Program-made: the position numbers and the translations under genes | Shown here: in pieces, positions 35,739 through 46,899 of the stretch | Numbering within the stretch: the stretch's first letter is position 1 | Layout of the letters: every line of letters begins with the position of its first letter | Origin: Podarcis erhardii | Lineage: Eukaryota | Direction: 5' to 3' (one strand) | Length of the DNA: 64,000 bases | Assembly: GCA_964252035.1 (NCBI GenBank) | Contig: OZ176206.1 | Notes under the pieces: generated by a model | Databases searched by the model: none | What the model was told of the DNA's origin: nothing | What the model saw: the letters and a program-made list of their open reading frames with translations, nothing else

Positions 35739-36022
35739 CTTTCCTCTAGCTGGGGTTGTTTGCTTGGGCTTGCCAGGCCACATTTGGTCAGTTATTGCCA
35801 GTAACTTGCTGCTGATGCTGAGAGTGTTTTGTGAGAATATCCAGGAAGCCTCGTCTCATGTGCTTTGCTTCCTGAGTTTGTACACCGAAACCAAAATGCA
35901 GGAGACTCCAGCCATGCTGATTGACAGGGGCTGAACTTGGGTCCACCATCCTTTGCTAGTGCCACAGAGGCTTGCAAGGGCCCTAAAGTATTTCCTCTTC
36001 TCCACCTGCAACACCACACTAG

Positions 36023-36220
36023 GTGCTGAAGAATGATGTGCTGGCCCATCAGTCCACAGTGGAGACAGTCAACAAGGCTGGCAATGAGCTCTTGGAATCC
36101 AGCGCAGGGGATGATGCCAGCAGTCTCCGGAACCGCCTGGAGACAATGAATTCATGCTGGGAGTCGGTGCTGCAGAAGACAGAGGAGCGAGAGCAGCAGC
36201 TGCAGATGACCCTTCAGCAG
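36023..36220 (+). CDS. MACF1: MACF1 exon, spectrin repeat (VLKNDVLAH...MTLQQ)
   Basis: ctag acceptor, CAG|GTCAG; 198 nt, phase 0-0. Confidence 0.95.
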
Positions 36221-36990
36221 GTCAGCTGGGAAGAGAGTCCGGCCTCCCTAGTTAGACGGGCGGTGGGTGCTCTTCAGAGCCCTCTCATTCCCTGCATTCC
36301 TCACCCAACATTTCAAAGGAGCCACATTCAGGCATGCACCTGAACACACAGAAGGTTGAGATGGGAGTGGGGAAGGTGGGGGCACGTCCCATAATGAGCA
36401 CAAAGGTCTGTAGGGTTTCTGTGGGTCTCCCTACAAAAAGGAAGGCTTCCAATTGCAGGGGGTTTCTAAGCAAGTTAATTACCAATTATTTAAAAAACAA
36501 ACCACTTCAGACCTTATCACAAATTGAAGTTTTCCCTATAAGAATAACTGAATCTTCAGTGCACAAGTTGACATTATGTTTTCATATTATTTTTGTTTTT
36601 GGTAAACCATTCTGACTATTTGGGGGGGAATGAAGGATGGGATAGAACTCTCTTGTTAAATATACAAGTTAAAGGAGTTGTGAAGAGCAGCTGGGGCCCC
36701 TGGGGGAGGGGATGGGGGGGGCTTGTGTGTGCTGCCCCTCTTCCTGGTTATTTATTTATCCCTTTGTGTGTTCAGGTGATTGTCCACCAAGACTTGCTCT
36801 GTGGCTGGACTTGTTTGGGTGTACAGATGAGTCTTTCTCAGCCACTTCCTCACTTTGGAGATGATTCGTTCTTTGAGCCAGAGTCTTTTTGGGAAAGCTT
36901 CTCTTCTGGGAGCTAGGCTAGAAGAGGATGGCTAGAAATAGGCTGGGATTTGAACCTAAGCACTTTGGTTTTGCTTTTTTAATGTCACTA

Positions 36991-37343
36991 CAGTGGTGCC
37001 CCGCAAGACGAACGCCTCGCAAGACGGAAAACCCGCTAGACAAAAGGGTTTTCCGTTTTGGAGGCGCTTCGCAAAACAAATTTCCCTATGGGCTTGCTTC
37101 GCAAGACGAAATGTCTTGCGAGTTCCTGCGGGTTCCCCCCTTCCCCCCCCTTTTCCTAAGCCGCTAAACCGCTTATCAGCTGATCCGCTGATAAGCCGCT
37201 TATCAGATGATCCGCTAAAAGCTGCTAAACTGCTAATAGCGCTAATCCGCTAAGCTCTCAATGGGCTTGCTTCGCAAGACAAAAAAACCGCTATACGAAG
37301 AGCCTCACGGAACAGATTAATTTCATCTTGCGAGGCACCACTG
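36991..37343. mobile_element. Non-autonomous Tc1/mariner (pogo/Tigger-type) MITE, 353 bp
   Basis: TIRs CAGTGGTGCCCCGCAAGA / TCTTGCGAGGCACCACTG (1 mismatch in 18); TA on both flanks (36989-90, 37344-45); no ORF. Confidence 0.9.
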
Positions 37344-37464
37344 TACCTCTATTCCTGTGCTTTTGGTTTTAAAAATCCTGGTACCTCCCGCTGAGGTTTC
37401 CGAAACCATCAGAATGAATTGCTTGTGCCCTTCAGTCCAGCATGTGCTTTGTGTTCCCTTGCAG

Positions 37465-37593
37465 GCTCAAGGTTTCCATGGTGAAATTGAAGACTTCCTC
37501 CTCTGGCTCACGAGGATGGAGAACCAGCTGTCTGCCTCCAAACCGACAGGTGGGCTGCCAGAGACTGCTCGAGAGCAACTGAATGCCCACATG
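37465..37593 (+). CDS. MACF1: MACF1 exon, spectrin repeat (AQGFHGEIE...LNAHM)
   Basis: ttgcag acceptor, ATG|GTAAGT; 129 nt, phase 0-0. Confidence 0.95.
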
Positions 37594-38287
37594 GTAAGTT
37601 GTGATGGCTGAACTGGTGCCTGGAATGAATGGCCCCTTAATATGGGAGGGAAGGATAATGTGCATCACAGGTGGGACATGAAATACCTAAAAGGGAAAGC
37701 GGCAGAGAAAAAGGAATGGGGGAAGGCTTGGTTAGCTACATTCCAGCTTACAGTGCACAGCTATATCTACCTAAGGTACTTGTGGATGTTCCAGGTTGTT
37801 GCAGTCACTCAGCTATCAGCTGGCATTGGCAACCCTGGACCACAAAGGTGAAGTTTTTACATGTAAGGATGTCACAGAGAAAAATATGTGCACAGTCAGG
37901 TGTAAAGATTATTCACCAGTGGGAACCTTCCCCCTAAGTTTTGAAGCCACAAGCGAGAAGGGTGATTTTTGTCCAGATCATGACTGGGTGGGGTAGACCT
38001 CCTTCCCCCTTCCCAGCGATTGTGGTCTTGATCAGATTAGGGATTTCCCATCCCTGTAATTAGATAATGAAAACCTGTAGGCGTAGCTGCACACCACATG
38101 CTTAGAGTAACATGAAGCGTTGGCCCTGAGAAGCTGGAATTGGCAGACAACCCCCAGAGACAAGTGCACCTGGCAAACCGCAGAAGCAATCTTCACACAC
38201 AACTGTGCCTATGCCCCGTGAACCCCCATGTCAGGAAAATTTGTCCTGCAAAGCATCCCTTGTTTACGATGCCTCTGTGTTGTGCAG

Positions 38288-38461
38288 GAGCTCTATGCCC
38301 AGTTCAAAGCCAACGAGGAGGTCTACAGCCAGCTCCTGGCTAAAGGGAGGCTGATGCTCCTGAGCCGTGATGATTCTGGGTCTGGATCAAAGACAGAGCA
38401 AAGTGTGGCTCTCTTGGAGCAGAAGTGGGGCCTCGTCAGTATGAAGATGGAGGAGAGAAAG
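38288..38461 (+). CDS. MACF1: MACF1 exon, spectrin repeat (ELYAQFKAN...MEERK)
   Basis: gcag acceptor, AAG|GTAAT; 174 nt, phase 0-0. Confidence 0.95.
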
Positions 38462-38744
38462 GTAATGTGCTAGGAGGGATGGGGGTGTACCATCACCAAA
38501 TCACTGTACTCACATTTGCATGGTGCAGAGCAGGGGACTCTTGTGTGAATTCCACACAATCCCTAGCTTGCGCAGGAAAGCGAGGCTCTGCGCATGTGGA
38601 GCTTCATACAGAGGAACTCTTGGGACTTGAGGTGGTATTAAAGAGGTGTGTGTTTGAAAAGGGAGTGAAGAGAGAACCTTGCTTTGGTTTTAATCCAGCT
38701 GTTTCACAATTCCATTATTGGTAAATTGTGATGGTCCCATAGAG

Positions 38745-38882
38745 CAGGGGAAGCTAATGTGGTGCCTTCCGGCTGTTCTCGGGCTCCCAGCCCCCATGAG
38801 CCCCAGCCAGCATGGTCAATGGTCAAGGATGATGGACGCTGTGGTGCAGCAGCATCCAGAGGGCACCACATTGGCTTCCCCC
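38745..38882. mobile_element. Fold-back MITE-like element (variant ends)
   Basis: ggggaagctaatgtggtgcc / ggcaccacattggcttcccc arms. Confidence 0.7.
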
Positions 38883-39182
38883 CCCCCCCCCCAGTATGTG
38901 GTCTCTTCTTGTTCTGATGCTTTTTGTTGGAAGAGAACCTGGCTCCAGAATGGCTTGGATGAAGGGGAAGAGTTATCAACATTTGAAATGTGACCTGTTA
39001 ATATGCAAGTCACGTTCATTGGTTGGACTGAGAAGGTCCAGCCTAGAAGGAGTCTCTCATTTATTACACAATTGTGGTCTTTGTCTCAGAATCCAGCATT
39101 TGTGAACTTTGGCTGGTGCTCCTTTCTTTCTGCCTTTTGTGCTCATTCTGCTGCTTTTCCTCCCCCTTCTTTTAAAACTCAG

Positions 39183-39338
39183 TCCAAGTTGGAAGAGGCT
39201 CTCAGCTTGGCAACCGAGTTCCAAAATTCCCTGCAAGATTTCATCAACTGGCTCACCCTTGCAGAGCAGAGCTTGAATGTTGCTCCTCCACCCAGCCTCA
39301 TGTTCAACACAGTGCTCTCACAGATAGAAGATCACAAG
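39183..39338 (+). CDS. MACF1: MACF1 exon, spectrin repeat (SKLEEALSL...IEDHK)
   Basis: ctcag acceptor, AAG|GTAAT; 156 nt, phase 0-0. Confidence 0.95.
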
Positions 39339-39766
39339 GTAATGATGCTCACCTGGGTGTGCATGTGTGCACTGAGGGAGGCTGGGGGGAGCTATCTGAC
39401 TTGAATAGTGAAGCTGCCAAAAGGTAGAGAAAAACTTAATTATTTAAAATAGCTGTGGAGTATTGAGAGAATTCAATTAAGGTTCTATAATTGTATCATA
39501 GTCACAAATGCTCGAAACTTGAGAAATAAAATAAGAGCTAGATAATATCTTCTGTCCACAGCAAGAATAGACAATAAGCACTTCCACAAGAACAACAATA
39601 AACAATGCCTAGGTATAGCAGCCAAATAAGGAAAGACTTTAAAATTAAATCAGGGAAATATTCCATCATAGGTGTTTTCAAATAACCAAGTTTTTGAAAC
39701 TGCAAGATAGATAGATATTAACATATAATAAAGAGGAAGGCTGTCATCATGCTGCAGTTTGCTTGG

Positions 39767-39785
39767 CTGCCAGTAGGTGGCACTG
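39767..39785 (+). promoter_or_regulatory. CTCF-like motif CTGCCAGTAGGTGGCACTG
   Basis: Matches the CCASYAGRKGGCRS core by eye; flanked by a 13-bp inverted repeat. Binding not shown. Confidence 0.5.
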
Positions 39786-40461
39786 TGAACTACAGCATGA
39801 TTGCAGATTTCTGAGAGCTGCTGGGCATTGGCGGTTGAGAAGAAGGGAAGCAGAAGAGGGAAGTTTCTATGGTCCAGCTAAGTCGTGGAGGAACTGTCAG
39901 GACAAGCTGGGGTAGCTCCCCCCAAACTCCTGCTCTTTTGCTGCTGCTTGCCTAACACCAATGATGCCATTTCAGCACCAACGGAGGAAAGAGAGAAACA
40001 GAGGCAGGTGGGCACCCCAGGCGAGCTGCCTAGAAGTGGGCAAGGCAGGGCAGCTTCCCAGCAACCATCCCACTCTGCTACCACCCACCACTGCCCTCTT
40101 CTTTGCCTCTTCCACTGAGGTTGCAACAGCAACTTTGGTGTGAGGCAGGCAGTATGAATAGGAGGGTTCGGAGGATGTCTAAAGCAAGGAGGCATTGGCA
40201 AGTGGCAGTAGCACAGCCGTGTGTGTGTGTACGTGTACACACACAATCATAAAGTATGAAGCATTAACAAATTAATAATCTGTAATATTAAAAATGTGAC
40301 TTAAAATCAGTTAATAAAAAATAACTATCAGTTGTATTCTACTAACTTGTATGCAGAGTACACCTATTGGAACTAGTGGGCCTAAGTTAGTCAAGGCCAT
40401 TAATTTCAATGGGGTCTAGTTTGAGTAAAAGTTAGTTGACTACAACCCCAGGCCTTTACTA

Positions 40462-40704
40462 CAGTGGTACCTCGGGTTAAGTACTTATTTTCTTTCCGGA
40501 GGTCCGTTCTTAACCTGAAACTGTTCTTAACCTGAAGCACCACTTTAGCTAATGGGGCCTCCTGCTGCCGCCATGCCGCCGAAACACGATTTCTGTTCTC
40601 ATCCTGAAGCAACGTTCTTAATCTGAGGTACTAGTTCTGGGTTAGCGGAGTCTGTAACCTGAAGCGTATGTAACCTGAAGCGTATGTAACCCGAGGTACC
40701 ACTG
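40462..40704. mobile_element. Non-autonomous Tc1/mariner (pogo/Tigger-type) MITE, 243 bp
   Basis: Perfect 18-bp TIRs CAGTGGTACCTCGGGTTA / TAACCCGAGGTACCACTG; TA target-site duplication (40460-61, 40705-06). Confidence 0.93.
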
Positions 40705-40994
40705 TAGTTCCCTAAAACAAGTGATGGGGCTTGTGAGATGGGTCAGATTATTCATTTGTTGCAGGTAGGGAACTGGAGGTTGTGTGTGTATGTGGCTCAC
40801 TCATGGCTACCCAGTCAATCTGTGGCCATGGCAGGCCCCAGCCTAGTCTTGGGACTCCCTTGCCAGCCGTAGTGACTACAGTTGAGCTTTGTGCCATCTC
40901 ACCTTGGAACAAAACCTCCATCCCAAATGGCCTTCCCTGCATTATGTGGTGCCTAAGAGACCCAGGAGAGTAGCCTTCATTTTTTCCTTGTCAG

Positions 40995-41201
40995 GTGTTT
41001 GCCAATGAAGTGAACGCCCACCGGGACCAGATAATTGGCCTAGACCAAAGTGGAAACCAGCTGAAGTTTCTCAGCCAGAAGCAGGATGTGGTCTTGATCA
41101 AGAACCTCCTGGTCAGTGTCCAGTCACGCTGGGAGAAGGTCGTCCAGCGGTCAGTGGAAAGAGGGCGGGCTCTGGACGATGCCAGGAAGCGGGCAAAGCA
41201 G
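40995..41201 (+). CDS. MACF1: MACF1 exon, spectrin repeat (VFANEVNAH...KRAKQ)
   Basis: tcag acceptor, CAG|GTGAG; 207 nt, phase 0-0. Confidence 0.95.
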
Positions 41202-41450
41202 GTGAGGAACAATCCTTTGTAGGCTAGAAGCCAGGGAGGCACAAAGGGCATCAGCTCAGAGCTACAAAATACTTCTGTTCCTCTTGGGCTCATTGAGGGC
41301 CATTGGCGTATTAGGCATTGTTTGCAAAAGTATGAAATGTGGATCAGGTGTTAGGGGGTGGGGGTAGGTGAAAATTGGCAGTGAGTAGTGGAGTTGGAGA
41401 GGCATGTGAATTCTAATAATAAATTAAATGGAAAAAAATAATCTTCATAG

Positions 41451-41570
41451 TTCCATGAAGCTTGGAAGAAGCTGGTTGACTGGTTAGAAGATGCAGAAAA
41501 TCTCCTGGATTCTGAGCTTGAAATTTCAAATGATCCCGACAAGATCAAACTGCAGCTCTCTAAGCACAAG
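41451..41570 (+). CDS. MACF1: MACF1 exon, spectrin repeat (FHEAWKKLV...LSKHK)
   Basis: catag acceptor, AAG|GTTAG; 120 nt, phase 0-0. Confidence 0.95.
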
Positions 41571-41676
41571 GTTAGAACTGCATGTGAAACAGTTCCTTTG
41601 CTTCTTGTGAAATTATCTGTAGTCACTGGCCTCATTCTCAACATATGTTTTGGGCGGGTTTACTTGGGAAAATCAG

Positions 41677-41846
41677 GAGTTCCAAAAAACCCTGGGTGGC
41701 AAGCAGCCTGTTTATGATACCACGATCCGGACAGGACGGGCCCTGAAAGAAAAAGCTCAGTTCCCAGATGACAACCAGAGCCTGGACCATCTCCTTGGGG
41801 AAGTCCGTGACAAGTGGGACACTGTCTGTGGCAAATCAGTGGAAAG
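41677..41846 (+). CDS. MACF1: MACF1 exon, spectrin repeat (EFQKTLGGK...KSVE)
   Basis: aatcag acceptor (pyrimidine-poor), AG|GTGAGT; 170 nt, phase 0-2. Confidence 0.93.
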
Positions 41847-42402
41847 GTGAGTGCCTGAAAGGGCTTCCTAACAGGTAACATCCTGTAGTAATTTGAGGTG
41901 CCTGCAGGTCCTACAGGGGGGTGTTAGAAGCCAGCTTTAAGTCACCTATTTGGATAGGGTGTGAGGGGCATTTATCAGCATCAAGACCTATATTTGACCA
42001 GTTTGTATACTGACTGCACATCCAGTCAGAGCAGTGCAGGGGCCTTAGCTAGGTTCCTGCTGGATTTGCTGTGGATGCTACTGGATTCTCCCAGGCCCTT
42101 GCTGGTAATCCACACTAGTCTGTTCTTAATGTATTTGCTTTGGATTTCCCCCCTCTTTATTATTATCATTGTGTAGTTCTTGGTTTTATTGTAATTTTTA
42201 CATTGTGCTGTACACTGCTTTATGATTTTTAAATGCAACACCATGTAATTTGTTTTAATAAATAAAACACCTTAACACACCATTTTTTTTTAAGGTGTGC
42301 CTAAGGCTGTGATTACGCTACATTTATTATGGTGCCCAAGGAGGTGGCCAATTGAGGGGAAACTGCAACACCCACTCACCCCTGCATTTTTCATTTTTAC
42401 AG

Positions 42403-42562
42403 GCAGCACAAACTGGAAGAGGCCCTTCTGTTCTCTGGCCAGTTCATGGATGCATTGCAAGCTCTGGTTGACTGGCTGTACAAGGTGGAGCCCCAGCTGG
42501 CCGAAGACCTGCCTGTCCATGGGGACCTGGACCTGGTCATGAATTTAATGGATGCTCACAAG
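42403..42562 (+). CDS. MACF1: MACF1 exon, spectrin repeat (QHKLEEALL...MDAHK)
   Basis: ttacag acceptor, AAG|GTAAT; 160 nt, phase 2-0. Confidence 0.95.
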
Positions 42563-43005
42563 GTAATGGCTGCTGAGGGACAGAGCCATCCATTTGGAAG
42601 CCACTTCACACTGTGTAAGCCTCAATGTGTTGTGGACTAAGGCAGTGAACTGGAGTCCCTGTCAAAATGTACTTGAGTTTCTAAGTTTTACATCTCACCC
42701 TTCATCCCAAAGGGAGCCCAGGGCATCTAATATAAAAGAATACAAATATAATACAATAACGCATGAAAATGTTTAAAATATCATTTGGAACGTAATTAAA
42801 AAATGAGAGCAGTTAATACCTCCAGAGTTTGAAAAGTGCAAGGCCATTAGAACCAAACTGCCTTTTAATGAAAATATACTTGCAAAAGGTCCAAGATTGG
42901 GTTTACAGGTCTCCAGATAACTATCAAAAAACAAACTTAGTGCTCTTTACAGGGGTGGAGAGCTTGGAGAAAGAGAGTGCAACTATGCTCTGTTCCCCTT
43001 GATAG

Positions 43006-43200
43006 GTCTTCCAGAAGGAGCTTGGCAAGCGAACAGGCACCGTCACGGTTCTCAAGCGCTCAGGCCGGGAACTTATTGAGAACAGCCGTGATGACACAAC
43101 GTGGGTGAAAGTGCAGCTGCAAGAGCTAAGCAACCGCTGGGACACCGTCTGCAAGATGTCTGTCCTGAAGCAAACTCGGTTGGAGGAGGCCCTGAAGCAG
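43006..43200 (+). CDS. MACF1: MACF1 exon, spectrin repeat (VFQKELGKR...ALKQ)
   Basis: gatag acceptor, CAG|GTGAG; 195 nt, phase 0-0. Confidence 0.95.
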
Positions 43201-43454
43201 GTGAGAGACGGGAGCAGGGTGGCATCATCTGCAACTTGCACATCTCTTTGGTCCATACCAGCCCTGTGACTCTGTTGTATCTATTGCTCCACTCCTTTTG
43301 CCCACCACTGGTGTGTGTCCCCCTACCCCAGAAAGTTCCCTGTGAAGGAAAGTGGCCCTTAGGCTGAGAAGAGTTTCCCATCCCTGCTGTACGGCAACTC
43401 AAAAGGCCTTTGCTCCACGGGGAAGGGTTCACTGGTGCTGTTTCTCCTTTCCAG

Positions 43455-43583
43455 GCAGAAGAGTTTCGGACTGCTGTCCATCTTCTGCTGGAGTGGCTCT
43501 CTGAAGCTGAGCAGACCCTCCGCTTCCGGGGAGCTTTGCCTGACGACGCAGAAGCGCTGCAGTCACTCATCGATGTCCACAAG
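43455..43583 (+). CDS. MACF1: MACF1 exon, spectrin repeat (AEEFRTAVH...IDVHK)
   Basis: ttccag acceptor, AAG|GTGGG; 129 nt, phase 0-0. Confidence 0.95.
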
Positions 43584-43676
43584 GTGGGTAGCTGTTCAGA
43601 AGAGGGGAAAGGCGGGAGTCTGAGTGGATTGCCAGGCAGCCAGGCTGAGCTGTTGTGCCTTTGCCCTTTGCTGCAG

Positions 43677-43820
43677 GAGTTCATGAAGAAAGTCGAAGAG
43701 AAAAGGCTGGATGTGAACTCCGCTGTGGGGATGGGGGAGGTCATCTTGGCTGTTTGCCACCCAGACTGCATCACCACCATCAAGCACTGGATCACCATCA
43801 TCCGAGCTCGGTTTGAAGAA
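43677..43820 (+). CDS. MACF1: MACF1 exon, spectrin repeat (EFMKKVEEK...ARFEE)
   Basis: ctgcag acceptor, GAA|GTGAGT; 144 nt, phase 0-0. Confidence 0.95.
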
Positions 43821-44553
43821 GTGAGTCACAGAGGCCTTTGCTCTGCCTCTCAGCAGCTGCTGCCAGCAGGAATGGAGCTGAGAGACTTAATAATTCTATG
43901 ACTGTATAAGAATAATAATGCATTTTGAATCCCCTTCCCACCTTGCTTCAGCTGCTGTGATATCTTAGAAGGTTCATGACAATGCTGGCTACTGAGATGA
44001 GAGGAGCCAGCTACAGAATGTATAAATTCACTGCAGTTCCTAAAATGCTTAGGTAGAGGCGCTTTTGTTTTGATTTTATTTTTGGAACAAGCAAGAGCTT
44101 TTTATTTATTTAAATGAAAAAAAATTACTCCACTTTTTGAATGAACCTTTTCGGAGTAGCTTGTGAATAAACATAATATGATAATTGCATAAGAACATAC
44201 AGCATACCCTTAATATTTTTTCTGTATACTCCCTCCAACTTCAGCTTAAAACATTTTTAAGTCTTCTCCCTTAATCTAGATTCTAGACTATTTTATCATT
44301 GGCACCATTAGTACAAGTTCGCTCTTGGTGCCCTAAGTTCGTAGTGTTAGTAGGTTGTAGAGCTTGCAGGGTAAAACACAAGATCCAGGTGAGCTAGAGA
44401 AGGGGAATGCAAAAGTGAAGAAGATGCTTAGGCAAGGGAAGGTGCATGCGAGTAACCCGGAAAGACATGCCACTCCATTCCGCTGCCTTCCCTCCCTGCA
44501 GAGATACCTCTCGTTTGCTGCCAACTACCCTCCCTGCTTTTCTCCTCTGCCAG

Positions 44554-44742
44554 GTTCTCACATGGGCAAAGCAACACCAGCAGCGGCTTGAAGCAGCCCT
44601 CTCGGAGCTGGTGGCCAATGCAGAGCTGCTGGAGGAGCTCCTGGCATGGATTCAGTGGGCTGAGACAACGCTGATTCAGAGGGACCAAGAGCCAATGCCG
44701 CAGAACATTGACCAGGTCAAAGCCCTCATTGCAGAGCACCAG
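44554..44742 (+). CDS. MACF1: MACF1 exon, spectrin repeat (VLTWAKQHQ...IAEHQ)
   Basis: gccag acceptor, CAG|GTAAC; 189 nt, phase 0-0. Confidence 0.95.
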
Positions 44743-45420
44743 GTAACCCTGCCCTGGTTGGCTCCCTCTCTGCCACCTTCCAGAAAAGAGCATGCTGTGT
44801 GTTTGAGAAAGTTGTTCACAGTGGCTTTAAAGTGAAACAAAGCACCTGACTTCATTCTTCCTGTGTGTGAGCTTGCACTGCTTTGGTTTTGCCATGGAGT
44901 AGGACTCCACGTGCCTGTAAGCTTAGAGCAGAATGAAGGGTCATTGTCTTCCCCTTCAACTCCTACTGCTTAGAGGCACTCTGACTGGTGCCCCCACCCC
45001 CAGTCCTGGCTCACCCTCTTTTCTTTTGACATCTAGCCCAGCCTTTCACACTACAGCTCCCATTAGCCCCAGCCTTGGCGCAGAGGAGCTTTCCCTAACC
45101 TGCTGCTGCAGATGTTTTGGACTCCCAGCAGCTGCGCTGGTTGAGGCTGATGAGAGTTGTAGTTCAAAATGGCCACGTTGGCTGGGGTTGATGGGAGTTG
45201 CAGTCCAAAACAGCTGGAGGGAAGACTGATTTAGCAGTGTCATGTAAGAACAAACAATGTGGCATTAGATGCAAGATTTGGGTTCCTAAGAATTTGGTGC
45301 TTAATTTTGAGAGTGAGGTACTAAGTTCCTAATCCCTATGGTGGCAAAGATATGCTTGAAGGTACATGGGCAACGGCTGGTGAAATGTTACTATCCAAAG
45401 AGGAGACTGAATAAGAACAA

Positions 45421-45540
45421 GAGCCAATCTGGTGTAGTGGTTAGAGTGTTTGGGCTAGGGCCTGGGAGATGATGGTTCAAATCCCCACTCGGGTAGCCTA
45501 ACCTACCTCACAGGGTTGTTGTAGGGTTAAATAGGAAAGA
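45421..45540 (+). mobile_element. tRNA-derived SINE (family A), internally deleted
   Basis: tggtgtagtggttagagtg...ggttcaaatccccactc...cctaacctacctcacagggttgttgt. Confidence 0.7.
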
Positions 45541-45874
45541 ATATAAATGTGATAAATATTTATGTATCATGTACTTGTGTATGGCCTTTTACCTGTAGAT
45601 CTCAGGGCAATTCACAACATAAAGATACAATAAAATAGAAAATACAATATAAAAAACACACACTGCATAACAAAAATAAGAGCAAAAACAAACCAATAAT
45701 CCCCCCTCCCGCAACACATTTAAAAGTGTATCAGATGTTAATCAGCCAAAGGTGCTTTGAGTTGTTTGGGGATAGGACTGCTTACATTAGCAAAAGGACA
45801 ACATTTAGTTGCATAGTAACAAAATGCTGCACTCTTCTTCTACCTCTAATCATCCTTCCTACTGCATTTTCCAG

Positions 45875-45992
45875 TCCTTTATGGAAGTAATGACCCGAAA
45901 GCAGCCAGATGTGGATCGCGTCACAAAAACATACAAGAGGAAAGCCACAGAGCCTGCTCATGGACCTTTCATTGAGAAATCCCGAAGCAATA
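45875..45992 (+). CDS. MACF1: MACF1 exon, last spectrin repeat with insertion (SFMEVMTRK...KSRSN)
   Basis: ttccag acceptor, A|GTATGT; 118 nt, phase 0-1. Confidence 0.93.
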
Positions 45993-46735
45993 GTATGTTG
46001 GCAACCCTTTGGGCAAATTTTAAATATTTCGGGCCTAATTCATTTAGGGCTTTAAACACTAATAAAAAGCATCTTGAACTGGGGCTTGATGAAGAAATAA
46101 GTACTGTATATGTGCTCAGGAACACTCCCATCATCGGCATTATGATTATTACTTTTATTATGATAATTACTGATGCTACTGCTACATATTCCATGGCTGA
46201 GACCAGTCTTTAAAACAAAAGTCTGGGCTGTAGCTCTGATGTGCCTTGGCTCAGATGCAAGCTTGTGGTGATTTTCTGCACCTCCTTGGACCAGGATGGG
46301 CAGCCTTTGGCCTAGTTTCATAAGCCCTTGGTATGCAATCATTTCAGGCCTCAGGAGTCTGTCCCAGCAGCCTGCTGGGCAGGGTAGGAAGAGGCATGAG
46401 AGAGCAGTGGGGGCGGGGTGGTAGAGAGAAAGAGAGGTGGCTCCGCCTACCACTGGCTTTAGCCCTGCCCACAATCAGCATGTGGCCCCCAAGGAAACAC
46501 AGCCCTTGTCAGGAAACCTGCTACCTGTCCCTGTCTTCAAACGCCCCATGCAGACTGCAGGGTTCCTGTGAGTTGATATGATCTTAGTGAAGTTTCCAGT
46601 TTCATCTGCAGGAGGAGAGCTCAGCATTTAGTTCCTGCCTCTCTTCCTGTGCCCCTTCCCCATAATTTTTTCATTACGCCCCTTCGCTCAATTTCTGCTT
46701 TGTTTCCTCCCTGTCCCTGTCTTTTTTCCTCTCAG

Positions 46736-46899
46736 GAAAATCCCTGAACCAGACAGCCCCACCCCCAATGCCAATTCTCTCCCAGTCGGAAGCAAAGAAC
46801 CCGCGCATCAACCAGCTTTCAGCCCGCTGGCAGCAGGTGTGGTTGCTGGCGCTCGAGCGGCAACGCAAGCTCAACGATGCCCTGGATCGGCTGGAAGAG
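46736..46899 (+). CDS. MACF1: MACF1 exon ([12 protein letters not shown]...DRLEE)
   Basis: ctcag acceptor, GAG|GTAAC; 164 nt, phase 1-0. Confidence 0.95.
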
